Shown here piece after piece: positions 25,337-38,045 of a DNA stretch of 64,000 nt; the stretch's first letter is position 1, and the number at the start of each line of letters is the position of its first letter. This stretch comes from Ophelia neglecta. Lineage: Eukaryota. The stretch is from positions 23,994,001 through 24,058,000 of the forward strand of contig OZ260667.1 of the NCBI GenBank assembly GCA_965285935.1, read 5' to 3'. The position numbers and the translations under genes are program-made. The notes below the pieces were generated by a model. That model was not told the origin of the DNA, did no database searches, and was given only the letters and a program-made list of their open reading frames with translations.

Positions 25337-25585
25337 ATGACAGACGCTCATTCTAATAGTTGCGCCAGTTTTGCCTTGTGCGCGGCCGGGACGATTATTA
25401 TTGTCGCCTGTCTAGTGATCATGCTCATCAACGGCCTGGTGTTTTATGTACGTAAGGTGTGCCTCCACCCTCCGGATCACGGAAACAATGCCATGCGCAC
25501 GTGTAACCGAGTGACCGCCGCGTCTGGAACCATCATTACTCTCACGGGATTGGCTATGCTCATTGAGGTCATTTTGGTGTCATGA
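25337..25585 (+). CDS. Putative 82-aa two-TM microprotein, single exon
   Basis: ATG at 25337. Two similar hydrophobic segments (AAGTIIIVACLVIMLINGLV; ASGTIITLTGLAMLIEVILV). GC content is visibly higher than the flanks. Confidence 0.5.
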   Translation: MTDAHSNSCASFALCAAGTIIIVACLVIMLINGLVFYVRKVCLHPPDHGNNAMRTCNRVTAASGTIITLTGLAMLIEVILVS

Positions 25586-26452
25586 ATGCTTCGACAGTTA
25601 AATTCATCACACAAAGCTCAAACTCATATGACGAAGACTTTGAGCTATTACTGGATGCTCGCATAAAATCAAATCTACGGGAGAGTTTTTATACGGATAA
25701 GTAACAAAATGGGTCAAACCCCATGCATATATTACCATAATAACATAGCTGTTTAAATTCCAAGCTCGAACATTGAAAACAGTAGCATTTTGAATTGATT
25801 GAAAAAAATGCAAAAACAAAATTTCAAAACGAAATCTGCATAGAACTTTTTTCAAATTCAATTTACACAGAACTTTTATATAGGAATTCAAAAACACAGT
25901 GAATGATGGTAATTTTGAAATTCGGATATAAGATACAAGACCTACCAAATGGGAACTATGTTATCTTGAAAGAGTTTCGGCTGGAGCGTTCATGAACTCG
26001 AGTAGGAAATGCTAAAGGCTTATTATAATGCTTTTTAAAAAGGTGATGGGCAGGTGACTGATTGAAAATCTTATTTTTTTTAAAGTAAATATAGCCCTAT
26101 ATACTTTTTAAAGATGGGATAGCATAAAAACAGTTACTGGAAATTGAACCATTGAAGATTTATGTATCCTCGAATCGAGATAAAGTTTCATCGAAGTACG
26201 CCTTGCTCTTTAGGCAGCCACAGACAGAAGCCTTTCTTCAGTCTGTTTTGTCGTTGAATTGCTGTAAAAATTCCTTTATAGGTCTAATATACCTTGCGAT
26301 CCAAGTTATATTTTTTGTCGCAATATAATGATAAGCAAAACGTGCAGTTTGTAGCCTATATTATTGCAAGCGTATTGAACCAAGATTCGTGATATAATAT
26401 GTATATAAAATAATATCCAATGAAAACCTGTGGTTTGGTTGTTATTCTCCTT

Positions 26453-27460
26453 TCACGGATTGGAGTTGCTACTACTCTGCTCAGAGTTCTCTTTTGGTTT
26501 ACCACAGCACATTAGATCTCGATATGCCCGACGAAAATCTTTGTTAATCCATCCGTATAGGATGACATTGACCCAGGAATTGGTCAGTCCGCAATGAACG
26601 GACAGGAGTGAGAGAATGCGCAACACGTCATTGCTGTCTCCCGCTCGTGCAATAACTATGTAATTCACTAGAAAATAAGGCATCCATGTTATGATGTAGC
26701 AGCCGATAATAACGACAACCAAACGTGTTCCTTTTTTCATGCCATCACTTCCGTTTCCGTGAGCGCCATGTTGGTTGTTGTAAGTAGCCCGGATGTCAGC
26801 GATCTTTCTGGCGTGCTCTCTGGCAACAATTATAATCTTTGCATATACGATACCTAGTACAAGAATTATAAGTAAATAGAGGACAAACTCCAGGGAAATG
26901 ACAAACTCGAGAGGTGCACTGAGCCACAGACAGGCCGTTTGGCGTTGAGCATACGGCAGGTAAAAGAAAAAGGAAGCCGCGGTCAGAAAACCCGCCAACC
27001 AAACTATTCCGATTACAATCCACATCTTCCTGGTGGTACAAATCGACTCATAGAGAAGGGGTCGAAAAACAGCGACAAATTTGTCAATTCCCATGGCAAT
27101 TAGGTGGAAGATCGACACCAGGATGGGTATTCGGATCAAGGAATCCATTATCATAGTTCTTGCATTATTACTCTCACAAGGAAGTGAAAATTTTAGCACA
27201 AATAACAACGCCGAGAGGCCGACAAATGCATCAGCAACTGCCAGACTTATGATCAAAATATTGCTTTTCTTCTGCAGTTTTCTAAATTTGCACACTGCCA
27301 CTATGGTCATGATGTTCCCGAATTCAATCAGCAGAATGATTAGCCCGGTCACAATGAACACGTACAACTCGACAAGGTCAGTCCTCGGGGGCTGAAGCTC
27401 TCCAACGGTGTCATTCTCATCCAGAAAGTCGAAAAAACCGTCATCGTCATCACTGATCAT
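26453..27460 (-). CDS. Intronless class A (rhodopsin-family) GPCR, alpha-group/MECA-like orphan, 335 aa
   Basis: Seven hydrophobic segments. GN (TM1), SLAVAD (TM2), DKF in place of DRY, TWMPY (TM6), NSWVNVILY in place of NPxxY, helix 8 DFRRAY and a CC palmitoylation-like site. Confidence 0.95.
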   Translation of the reverse strand: MISDDDDGFFDFLDENDTVGELQPPRTDLVELYVFIVTGLIILLIEFGNIMTIVAVCKFRKLQKKSNILIISLAVADAFVGLSALLFVLKFSLPCESNNARTMIMDSLIRIPILVSIFHLIAMGIDKFVAVFRPLLYESICTTRKMWIVIGIVWLAGFLTAASFFFYLPYAQRQTACLWLSAPLEFVISLEFVLYLLIILVLGIVYAKIIIVAREHARKIADIRATYNNQHGAHGNGSDGMKKGTRLVVVIIGCYIITWMPYFLVNYIVIARAGDSNDVLRILSLLSVHCGLTNSWVNVILYGWINKDFRRAYRDLMCCGKPKENSEQSSSNSNP

Positions 27461-27803
27461 CTTACAGAGTTGTGGATTAAGGATCCGCTAGTAATGTACT
27501 TGTCTATTCTTGCCTTTTCCCTCCGTAAGTCAGCTGTTGGTTTAAGGAGATTTTTAGTCATATGCTCAGTCTTCATTTGCACGGCAAGCAGCCCGTGAAA
27601 TGACCTCGTCTTCAGATATATATAACTTAGTGGATAATATTCATCATCAGAGTTAGCAGTATGACTGCTCCACAATTTGTACACCTTGGTTTTCCTTACA
27701 AAACTCCTCTCATGAATATTCCTAGTTCATCCATTGCACGACAAGTATAAACTTTCAATGAGGAGTTTGTGACAAATATACAAAAAGGCTTTGATCAAAC
27801 GCA

Positions 27804-27810
27804 TTTTATA
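27804..27810 (-). promoter_or_regulatory. Candidate TATA box for the GPCR
   Basis: CTATAAAA on the minus strand, ~345 nt upstream of the GPCR ATG. Confidence 0.4.
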
Positions 27811-29952
27811 GCGTTTAATCGAGGTTTAATGCGCCTACGCTCGTAAACTCGATGGGGGTGGCAGTTTGATCGGGTTTTCTCCCATTAAAGGCTTTAAAGT
27901 CGAGATGTTGAAGGAGGTCGGTCACTGATCGTTTATTGTTTGTATAAGTCTGCAAAGCTAGATGACAATGGATATCTACCTTAGGTAGGTCTAGAATTAT
28001 CCCTTTACATGGGATGAGCTGCGTTTTTTTTTGGGGGGGGGGGGCGGTATTTCAATTGGCGACCCTCGACCAGGCACGATGTCCAGTCCCTTTGCTCTCA
28101 CAGTGTAAACGTGCATTTGTTATTTAATATATTTAGTACACTTTAAGGAGGTGGGAGAACGGGGCAAAACGAAAAAACCGCTAACTGATCCTACTTTAAT
28201 GCGAATTTGGTCCAAGTTGACCCGATGGCCCCGCTCTCCTCTAATATAGTACATTTTGATGTGTAAAAAGTTGTTCACATGTGGCAACGGCAAGTAAACA
28301 AAGCCAACAGCAGGCCTACATTTATGTTTTTTAAATCTGGTGTTTTTTATACGCGGCCTCCTCATTTTGAAGACCTGACCACAGCGGTTTTTAGGTATGT
28401 CCAGGTGAATCGCACTAAGAATGAGAGTGCTATATACTTTAGAGACGAGAATTTTTGCCTTTTCAATAAGTTGAGGTTATCAGGATGCTCTACTTGATAA
28501 ATAGATTTTATAAATGTAGGCCTAATTTTTTTTATTGTTTCTCTTATCTCATCCTTTTAATGCTTTAATATAAATGTTAGGTCGGTCGCAATAGAATGAG
28601 ACTTTTGATTGCAAACATCCAGGATTATCAAAAGTAGTAGTAACTCCATTTAACTGGTCTTCGTTTGATAATCAACTACTTTAATAAACCTACAGCTATA
28701 GTTTGTATCTTCCTCTCTTTGTTTAACAGAGTGTCCACGTGGTTACAATCAAACAAAAATCCATGTATCAGGTGCCCTTTAGCCCATCTTGATCTGATAC
28801 GGTAAGTCTATTAAACCAACACTTATACACTCACGCTAGCTGTGCGGACTGAAGGCCACAGACATATCTTACATACACATAATTATTACATACTAGTAGA
28901 GGCCAAAATCACCAGGATGCACAAACATCTACCCACCGATCCATAACGACCCTGGCATTGCCTCGATATGTGCTTGATCATGTAAGGGTAAGTACGAGCC
29001 ATATCACACATTGGTCACAAATAATAGCTACTAACCTAGAATAGCTAATGAATTGAATGTGTCAACATATTTCACCCGAGTGATAATGTACAAATGACAG
29101 GATACTAGTTGTGTATTATGTGCATGTAAGAACACATTCATGTACACACTCTTGTTAGAATGTAAACAGAACTAAGTTTAAATTCATACACGTGCAGTTT
29201 TAAATTGAATCAAGCAGGAACCATTTGATGATGTGTTTGGAGGGGCAGGTATTCTAATGTCTGAAAAGAAAATCTGGATTTTCAATTATGCCGAAATTTA
29301 AAGAAATATTAAAAAGATGACCGAGAGTTCAGTGGGTTATGATCAATGTGTATAATAAACATAATGGCTGACCGCTTTTTAAAGTGTTATAAGGGCGGGC
29401 GTTAAGGTGGCCAGCCTTACACTCATGTACATTGTACTTGTAGGACGGATCATTAAGGCAGGAATCACTGTGCAATGTACGGTAAATGCCTACATGCACG
29501 TCTGGCATATCTAACCATAATATATATCATATATATATAGGTCTACAACGATATTAACGTATGGAACTCGAAGGGGACCTTCACAAAAGATCTTGACATG
29601 ATTATCATTTCTTTTCGACGTCATTAATTCCTGGCGTTTCTACTTCTTAACGCACCCATTAACTCAAATGGAGGTACACTGTGACGCATGAGCACGTATT
29701 TGTGATGACACAAATAACTCGCGTCAGGGTTCTCTGAAAAGATCCCATTTCCATTACATACCTTTGTGTAAACACCGAGATTAAAAAGCCTGTTTTTCTG
29801 CTTTTTTTAAAATAATCTGTCAATAATTAATATAGTATCCGCGTTTTTTGTTTACAGAAATACAGAAAAAACTTAAAAATGATATGCATTGTACGGATGC
29901 TACGTCGAAAAATTATAAAGCACATTGTGTGGGCTAGCATTGGTTAATTATC

Positions 29953-32900
29953 ATGGATGGAAACGGAGAGATCAACTACCTAGCTGATGATATTGTGATC
30001 ACAAGGAGCTATGGAACAAATGAAATCGATGTGACTGAAAAACTAGTAACAGACAATGGCAGAGAGAATGGCAGATCCCCACCGAACCCCTCCGAGGACA
30101 CAAAGGAGGCCCCGAGCCCGTACACCGCTAGGGAGATAGTGACCCTCATTACTCTAGTGGCGCTCAACACCAGCTCGGCAATGTTCTATTCACTCTTGGC
30201 ACCTTTCTTTCCCTTAGAAGTGAGCAATATGAATATAAATCAACGACATTGGAATGATTTTTGCCGATTTTTTACATGGCTACATTTAAGCGTATCACTG
30301 TGATTTATAAATGTTGTCCATAGGTTATTTTAGTTAGAGTGTGTCGTGTAATTTATGTTTAATGAATGCATTGCTTATTCAGGCACAATTAAAAGGAGCG
30401 AGCAGTAGCGAAATTGGTTTTATATTGGGAGCTTTTCAGTTGGTAAATTTCGTGATGTTCCCTATATTTGGATACCAGGTGGGCTATCTATCATACAATC
30501 ATCAATTACATATTTTCCTTATGGAAAAGGATATTACCATTATTGCTCCAACCCGATCATGATTCACATGCCATCGGAAACAAAATCTGGGTTTGTTTTA
30601 ATTGCAGATGACGCGTATTGGATCAAAATTTTTGGTAGTAGCCGGTAATTTTGTGTGTAGTGCATGTGCCATAATGTTCGGGTAAGCTCTTCCTAAATAC
30701 GATTATTCCTTTCAAGATGCATCTTCCTATTCTATAAGCTCACAAAAATCATCATCCACGGTATTAAGTTCATACAGTGGCTGAAATCAAAAAAAAATAT
30801 GTGTTGGATTTTGTTGACAGTATGTTACAGTGGAGTCCTCTCGGTCTGACATTTGTGGGTCTGTGTATCGCTACGCGGTCTATAGAAGCTATCGGAGCTG
30901 CCGCCCAGTCCACCGCGTCATTTGCTATCGCTGCGCACACCTTTCCAAATAAAATATCAACCGTTATGGTAAGTTTGGCAACTTTCAATAGCGACAAATC
31001 TTTTCACATTAAAAAGCGATTTTATTCTCTATATTATCAATTGTTTCTTTCTTAGGGTATATTACAGGCTGGCAGTTGTATTGGTCTCTTAGCTGGGCCT
31101 CCTATTGGAGGAACCTTGTATGCAGTAAGTTATGGCAGTATGACTATATAAGATTAGTTATAACAGAGTTATTAAATGAGCCAGTCATGCTGTTAATTAA
31201 TATTGTTGTTTTTTCAACCCGCTGTAAGTTTTTCGAGATTACATAAAACGCCAGAGCAGAAACCTAATCGAATCATAGATACATCAAGTATAACTTTTTC
31301 TTCGACTGTCTTTTGTCAAATGGTTTATCAAAAACTAATCTGTTGGTCTTTTTTATCCCTTTTCAGTACGGAGGTTATCACATGCCATTTCTAGTCACCG
31401 GCAGTATTTTCATGGTGTTCACGCTGTTCTGTGCCTTCATCCTTCCTCCTTCCGCAGGTAGCCTACCAGTCAGACAAAACCGAGATGTATAGGGTAAACT
31501 TGGGTAATGTTGCACATCGCCTAATTCCGCGCAGTATGTGTGATAAACCAGTTCGTTTCAGATGAGGATAGTCGTGGCGCCTCATTATCGCTCAAGTTAA
31601 AACTAGTCCGAACCCCTGTTGTGATAGTCATCGGCTACATCGTCTTTCTTGGCCAGGCAGCTATTGGTTTTATTGATGTCGCCCTATCGCCTCATATAAG
31701 AAAACTTCAGGTGATATTTACACTTTATATTAATAGTGATTGCACGCGAGAAAATAAAACTTACTTAAACTATAGATTTATTAACATTAATGCATGGAGT
31801 CAGCTATCTAGGCTGAAGGTCGAATAATTGAGTCGACTTGATTCTGACTATAATACGATTAACTCATTGTTTCAGCCGACTATAAGTACGATATATATCG
31901 GCTTGATATTCCTTATTCCGTCTGCCATTGTTGTTCTTCTGGCTCCTGTATATGGAATACTTACCGACAAATTCAAGGTATTCCCTTTACCTCTTTTTAA
32001 CAATTAGGTAAAATAAACACATGTCAATGTACACAAAAAAGCTTACTTGTTATCTGATTGCACCATAAACGATATCAAAAGAAAAACTTTCAAATCATTG
32101 CAATAGTAATAAAGGAAACTGATTTTGTTTTTCTTCAGAGCCTCGGTAGACCACTGATATTGATGGGCGTTTTGGGCTGCGTGGGAACATTTCTATGTTT
32201 AGGGCCTAGCCCGCTACTCTCATCACTCATTCCTAAGTAATCATACGCGCAATAATATACAGTAAATTCGTGTTATTTGTAATTCGCAGGATTTTGACTT
32301 GCAGCCATGCAGTTGACACACTGTTTAATTTTACGCTAGTGAAAATAATGGTCGTTTAATGCGCATTGGCGGAAAATATTATTGTCTAAAGAAGTGTAAT
32401 ATGATCCTCAACTGTAAAGATGGCAATGTAAGCAAGTAGTTAGAATGCGAATTGGAAACCGGTGCAAGAGGCGTAAACCGTCCCTATACTAAATTGCATC
32501 AATGGATATGAATACCATGGCATGTGAGACTAGGTTTACCTTTGGGCTGATCAACGAATTTTCTTTAATTTAATTCCCTGGCTAGATTCTAAAATCCCAA
32601 AAGCATTTATTTCTTCTGCCAACATTTAGTTTAATGCCGTAGGCTATATAGGGGTAGACGGGTTTAAAACGATTTCAAGTAGATTAAACAAACCAAGGAA
32701 TTGTCATATATTTCCTTTTCTCCGAAGAATAGATACAGCGTCCTCAAAATTGTTTTATTACGCTTAAAGTGTATGACATTGTTGTTTTTTCTTTGCAGTC
32801 AACAAGTACATGACGTCATCATAATCCTGTCTATATCGGGTGTGGGATGGGGCAGTTTAATACTGACGTATCAACAGTTTGTACTAGCCGCTAAACGCAT

Positions 32901-34737
32901 TGGTCTGCCGGAGGGTCTAGAAACTCAAGGCGTGATCTCAGGCATAAACGGGGCTTTTAATTCATCCGGGTAAATGTATATTTCTTTGCATTGTAATCCA
33001 TTTATTATGCAATATTTAACAATAAGTGAAGGGTTCGTTATTTGAATTTTTATCGTTGTTTAAATGAAAAGAAACATGCCCCCCTCCATATTTAAACAAA
33101 TTAGGGAAATCAAGCTACATCAATAGTTGTGAATAAGATAAGTATGTTTATAATTTTGTTTCAGTGCCTTCTTTGGTCCAACTATCGGAGGTATAATGAT
33201 TCAACACATTGGGTTTCCCTGGGCTTGTACCGTCATAGCGGCCATGGCAGCAATTGGGGTAGGGTACCAATTCATTAAAAAATTTCTTGAGCATAAATTG
33301 AAAAGAAATTACAAATCGCATATATGATAAGGAGTTATTAGAAGTAGATTGGCTGTTAAAATGAGCGATGTCACAAGTCTTTTGAGCCAATTATCGTGGT
33401 GGTTGACGTTTTTAAATAGACAAACAGGACGATGTTAAGTAAAGAAGTTACGAAGCAAGAGTTCTAGGGCCCAATTAAAAAAGAAGTTTCAAGTCTGACT
33501 TTAAGTTTATGAGGCTTTCTGCTAGAAGGAAATTATAGTTTTTCATTCCAAACCGATTTTGATTGTTTTTTCATCAGCATTTATCTAAGCACGACTGAAA
33601 AACACGAAGAAACTGCAATCCTTCCCATTAAATTTAGATTTACATAAAGATAAAGTAATTTGATATGATAACAGTTTTACTGATTTTGGTGGTTTCCCAT
33701 GAAGAAGAATGGCATACTTTTATACCGCAACCCATTAATATTTTCTTTTGGTGTCACTTTTAACAAATAAACATCATGTCCAGGTGACAGAAAACATGAC
33801 AAAGCCATTTGCCTCCATATTATTTTAAGTTCTTAGTCGCTAGAAGCACTGATTAAGTGATTTCTGAAGACAAAATTGATATCCAGGGTTGGTGTTATTG
33901 AGATGCTTTTAAAATGGACCATAAACTGGTTTCTAGAGTCCAAAAGTATTTCATTGTTGACATCCTCGCCCATGAAAATCATACAAAAAAGTCTAAATTC
34001 ATCATCCCAGCAGTTGTATAAACTGAATAACAGCTATTCTCCAATTTGACCTTGAAAATGGGATTTAGTTTGGCTGAAATATGTTTATTTGACCTTGACC
34101 AAATGAACACACAGGCATTTTGATTGCAATGGTGAAATGTTGACACTAGAATATTCAAAAGCCATAGATAATTTGTCACCAAGCCTGGTATGTTGTCTGA
34201 AATAACAACAAATTATTGATTTGACCTTGAAAACGTATCTCAAGTTCCAGGTCATTAATCTTTGTGAAATTCTTGCTTTAAAAACCCAGCACTTACCTCT
34301 CTGTCTGTTATATTGGTAAAAACGAAAAAAAATTGATCTTGAACAAAGAAGGTCAAATTCATTGCATTTAAAGAATACTTCCCTAAAAAACCTCATTTAT
34401 TCACTATCATTTAATATCATAACTACCATATCGATAAAGGTATTAGCTCGGATATGAGCGATTCAAATTCCAAAAGTGGTGAAACCTATTAGTTACTACG
34501 TTCAGCTGGTGCCCAAGGTAGCCCTTCGGCTTAATTTTATCATTGCATATTTCTCACTTCCAGAGTGTGATGCTGTTCGCATACATGGTTTTTACCGCGA
34601 CGTGTTGTCCCGAAAAGACAACACTCTCTGAACGTGAAAACCACAGAGGGGATCCAGAACGTGCTGGTCTTCTGCAAAACGAATCGGGTCTTCCAGGTAC
34701 AGAGGAGTGTACTTCTACACCTACACCCGCCACATAG
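29953..34737 (+). CDS. SLC18B1: MFS-type transporter, SLC18B1 (vesicular polyamine transporter)-like, ~12 coding exons
   Basis: Exons approx. 29953-30219, 30383-30478, 30608-30681, 30821-30968, 31056-31124, 31367-31457, 31562-31710, 31876-31977, 32139-32236, 32800-32969, 33165-33258, 34564-34737. Motifs YSLLAPFFPLEA..KGAS, RSIEAIGAAA, GPPIGGTLY, LGPSPLL, ETQGVISG, GAFFGPTIGG are typical of SLC18B1. Confidence 0.85.
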
Positions 34738-35596
34738 TCTGACTGTGCCTGTATTCAGTCGCAGATACTATGCGCCTTCTTAGGGTCATCTTACAGTGTA
34801 TATACTTGTACAAATAAACGAATAATGTTAACGGATATTGTTGGATTCTATAATCATCTTTGCTAAGTCCTGTTTAGAATATGTCTGAGGATGTCGAACA
34901 GGAGCCTATCAAGTGAGACATATATACATCTATAAATGTTCTCCAAAGTCAGATGCATTTTAGACAATTTGTCAGTTTATAAATATGGCTTGAATTTTTT
35001 TTTTAACAAATAACGTTTTTAATTTAAATTGATATTTATTGCCTCCAGTTAATAATACAGTACAAAAAAAAGAAACAAATAAAAATCAAACTAATATATC
35101 AAACTCATAAATTCACAAGAATAAACATACAAAACTAAATGAAAAGTTAGGTTTTGCCTGTAAAAATGCAGCCAAAGGATATACCATAAAGACACAATAT
35201 ACAAAATAAATCTATTGTAGACAATGAGAACTGGGCCCCAATGTGTATGTGTCCTTTCAATAGGCATACTTAACCGTCACATAACTAGTGCCCAAAGGGA
35301 GAGAACAAGAACAAAATAGCTAAATTATAATATAAAAATACTGACATATCTCGATCAATTCTGTGTACGGACAAAATGACAGGATTTCTATTCCAACTGA
35401 AAGGAAATGTTGCCAAAGTTGTCCACCGTCTTTCTGTCTTTTACTCTGTATTCTCAGATTTTGTCTGAATTTAGATTTAGATCTTCGGGAATAATCATTC
35501 TTCTAAATGCACTCAAAACTTCATCTTTTACTTCTTAAATGCTGAGTATAATAAAGATCTCTAATCCTTGGAGGCGGCATCATCTGAGAGAAATAT

Positions 35597-36063
35597 CCCG
35601 GGCCCCCCACTCCGCCATTTTAGGGGGTACCCATGCTTGTTCATCAATTTTTAAAACTGACCCTATCTCAGAAAAGGCATTGAATTTTTCACACCCTTAT
35701 CTCAGGCTATCACGGGCTGATTCAGGTTTTTTACCCCCCCCCCCCCCCTCCTAACTCAGGCTTGATGCATATCTCACCCCCCCATTCTCAGGCTGCAGGA
35801 ATCACCTAACTCCCTTTCATGGTAACTTTCTGACCCTTTTCTCGGCACATGCTTGTAGAAATACCTTTTTTTTCAATTTCTGGGGAGGCTGATAACAAAG
35901 ACCCCTTTTTTCAATTTCTCGGGAGAAAAAAAACGAAAATGTACCCTTTTTTTCGGGAATTCTCGGGCCCGAGATCAAAGACCGAAAAATACCCCTTATA
36001 CCGAGAGCCGTGAACGCGCATGCGCCACCCCCCCCCCCCCCAACCCAAGGAGAGGGGGCCGGG
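35597..36063. mobile_element. Non-autonomous TIR element with 8-bp TSD
   Basis: Ends CCCGGGCCCCCCACTCC ... GGAGAGGGGGCCGGG. AGAAATAT is duplicated at 35589-35596 and 36064-36071. Confidence 0.85.
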
Positions 36064-36359
36064 AGAAATATATTTCTACTTCCAGGTATCATACACATGC
36101 GAATTGATTTCTGTAATTATATAAAGGGGCTTAGATAAATACCGCGTCTCTCATTATTTGATCCTTAATTTGAGGCGATATCATTGTATTGATCATATTG
36201 GTTTCTATGGGATAAATAATGTTCTTGCAAGTGCATAACAATAACCATTATAGACCTGCATACGCGTGGTAATTCATGAATAACATTTCATAATCAAACA
36301 TATATCAAAACTCTTTTTAGTGACGAAACATCACTGCAGGCGTGTAGTTAGGCATTCTT

Positions 36360-36630
36360 GAGGGGGGGGGTCGTGTATATTAGGGCGGGGACGCAGCGCG
36401 CAGCTTTGAAAATGGGGGTCATTATGATAGCGAAAGTCCTCAAAAAGGAATCTATTTGATAGAATTTTTTCGAAAATGTACCCAATTGATTGATATTTTT
36501 CAAGAAGTAGCCCTATATCAGTTTACAACCCCATTTGATAGGCAATAAATAGAGAAAAAAAGCCGTTTACCGTGGTCATACTTACCCTGGCCATACACGG
36601 GAGTACCCCCCCCCCCCCCCCCCCCCCCGT
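36360..36630. mobile_element. Related poly-G/poly-C-terminated non-autonomous element, degenerate
   Basis: Gn-tcgtgtat ... atacacgggagta-Cn inverted ends; no clear TSD. Confidence 0.5.
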
Positions 36631-36770
36631 GAACTACACCTCACGTTTCGTCTCAGAAACCTTGCGCCGCGTAGCGGAGAAAAGCAGAGAATCAATTTGT
36701 AAGTAGTGCCAAATTTTCGCATGATAATTATTGATTCGCAAGATGGCGACGCTAAATACTGCTTATACAC

Positions 36771-36866
36771 TTGGTTAATGTTTCTCCCACCAGCTGGCGC
36801 GTGGTGTGACAGTGACAATTGGTCAATGTTTCTCCCACCAGCTGGCGCGTGGTGTGTCAGTGATAA
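36771..36866. repeat. 48-bp tandem duplication, each copy carrying a CTCF-like motif
   Basis: ttggt(t/c)aatgtttctcccaccagctggcgcgtggtgtg(a/t)cagtga(c/t)aa x2. Confidence 0.85.
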
Positions 36867-38045
36867 TTTTTTTTTAATTTCTATCTGATAGGGGCCCAGC
36901 TTAAAATGTACACTTGAAAGGAATATTAAAAATATGTGTGTTCAATATTTACAATATTTAAAGAATATACAATGTTTTTTTATCACAAGTAACTTACTGA
37001 AACCTTTATATATTATACAGCTCTAACCAGATTAGGATGTAAAATAGAGGATAATAACTCACAAGTCCCGAAGCATTTGGCAATTCACTGATTGCATAAA
37101 TTGTACCAATCAATGGTTAAAATGCACAGCTTTACACTAATACTTATTTATTGCACCAATTGTGAAGGTATTAATTTGCCTAGGGTTGAAATGCACACCT
37201 TTATATTTATTGTTAACTCAAAAATATTTTAAAGAATCACAGAATATTTGCAATATTTATTGTGTCAAACCCCTTTATCTATACAATATTATATCATTAT
37301 TAGCGTTCAATTGTTTAAGTGCCGCTTTAAACTGGTTCAGGGTATTCAAATTGCGCACGTCACCAGGCAATTTACTCCATAAATGGGGAGCTTGATAATC
37401 GAAGAATTTGCGCGCAGTTTCTTATTTGAGCTTTGTCTTGTATTACGGGAATGGTTAACTTAATTATATGTCAATCTGTCGCTAAAGGGGGGAGGGGCCA
37501 AGAAATGATAAGGGAGGTTTCTGAAAGGGGGGTCCCATACTTGGCCCGGCTTCTGACGGCATTATATTTTCAACGACTCCGGGGCAAGGATTTCCGCGCC
37601 CGGCTTAATTTGTCCCAAGATACTAACTGTTAGTCCAATAGAAACTTAATATTATTTCATTCCCGATTCACGTGCATGCCAATCATTAACCTACTTCAAC
37701 ATTTACACAAGCTACCACAATTTCGCGGTTTGAAATAATAACTTGTGTTTGAAATAATAATTTGTTTGGCAATCACGGGTCTCAGAAATATATCAACCAA
37801 GTATTAAAAGGATTAAACTTAGATACTGCCAGTAGTGCGTATATGAAACACAAGGCATACTGATAACAAAAGGGTCCCTCTTTAGCACACCTGGCCAGGT
37901 GACATAAATGCTTGTCCCTTTGTTGAAGTCCCGCTTCACCTGACAGGTGTTCCGGTTGTTACTTGGATAGGTGATGGTAGGTGAGAACTAACGAGAGTTT
38001 AAGCGATGTCTCCGAAACAAGGAACATGATTCAAATATTGTTAAC

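Noticed and set aside
26796-27395. ORFs overlapping the GPCR (26796-27041, 27081-27395) and similar ORFs over PHTF and esterase exons
   Set aside because: Alternative-frame or antisense shadows of real coding exons.
33900-34450. TGACCTTGA/AGGTCAA-rich tract (also ~60330-60660) as clustered nuclear-receptor elements
   Set aside because: The pattern is typical of common invertebrate non-autonomous interspersed repeats, and the boundaries could not be defined.
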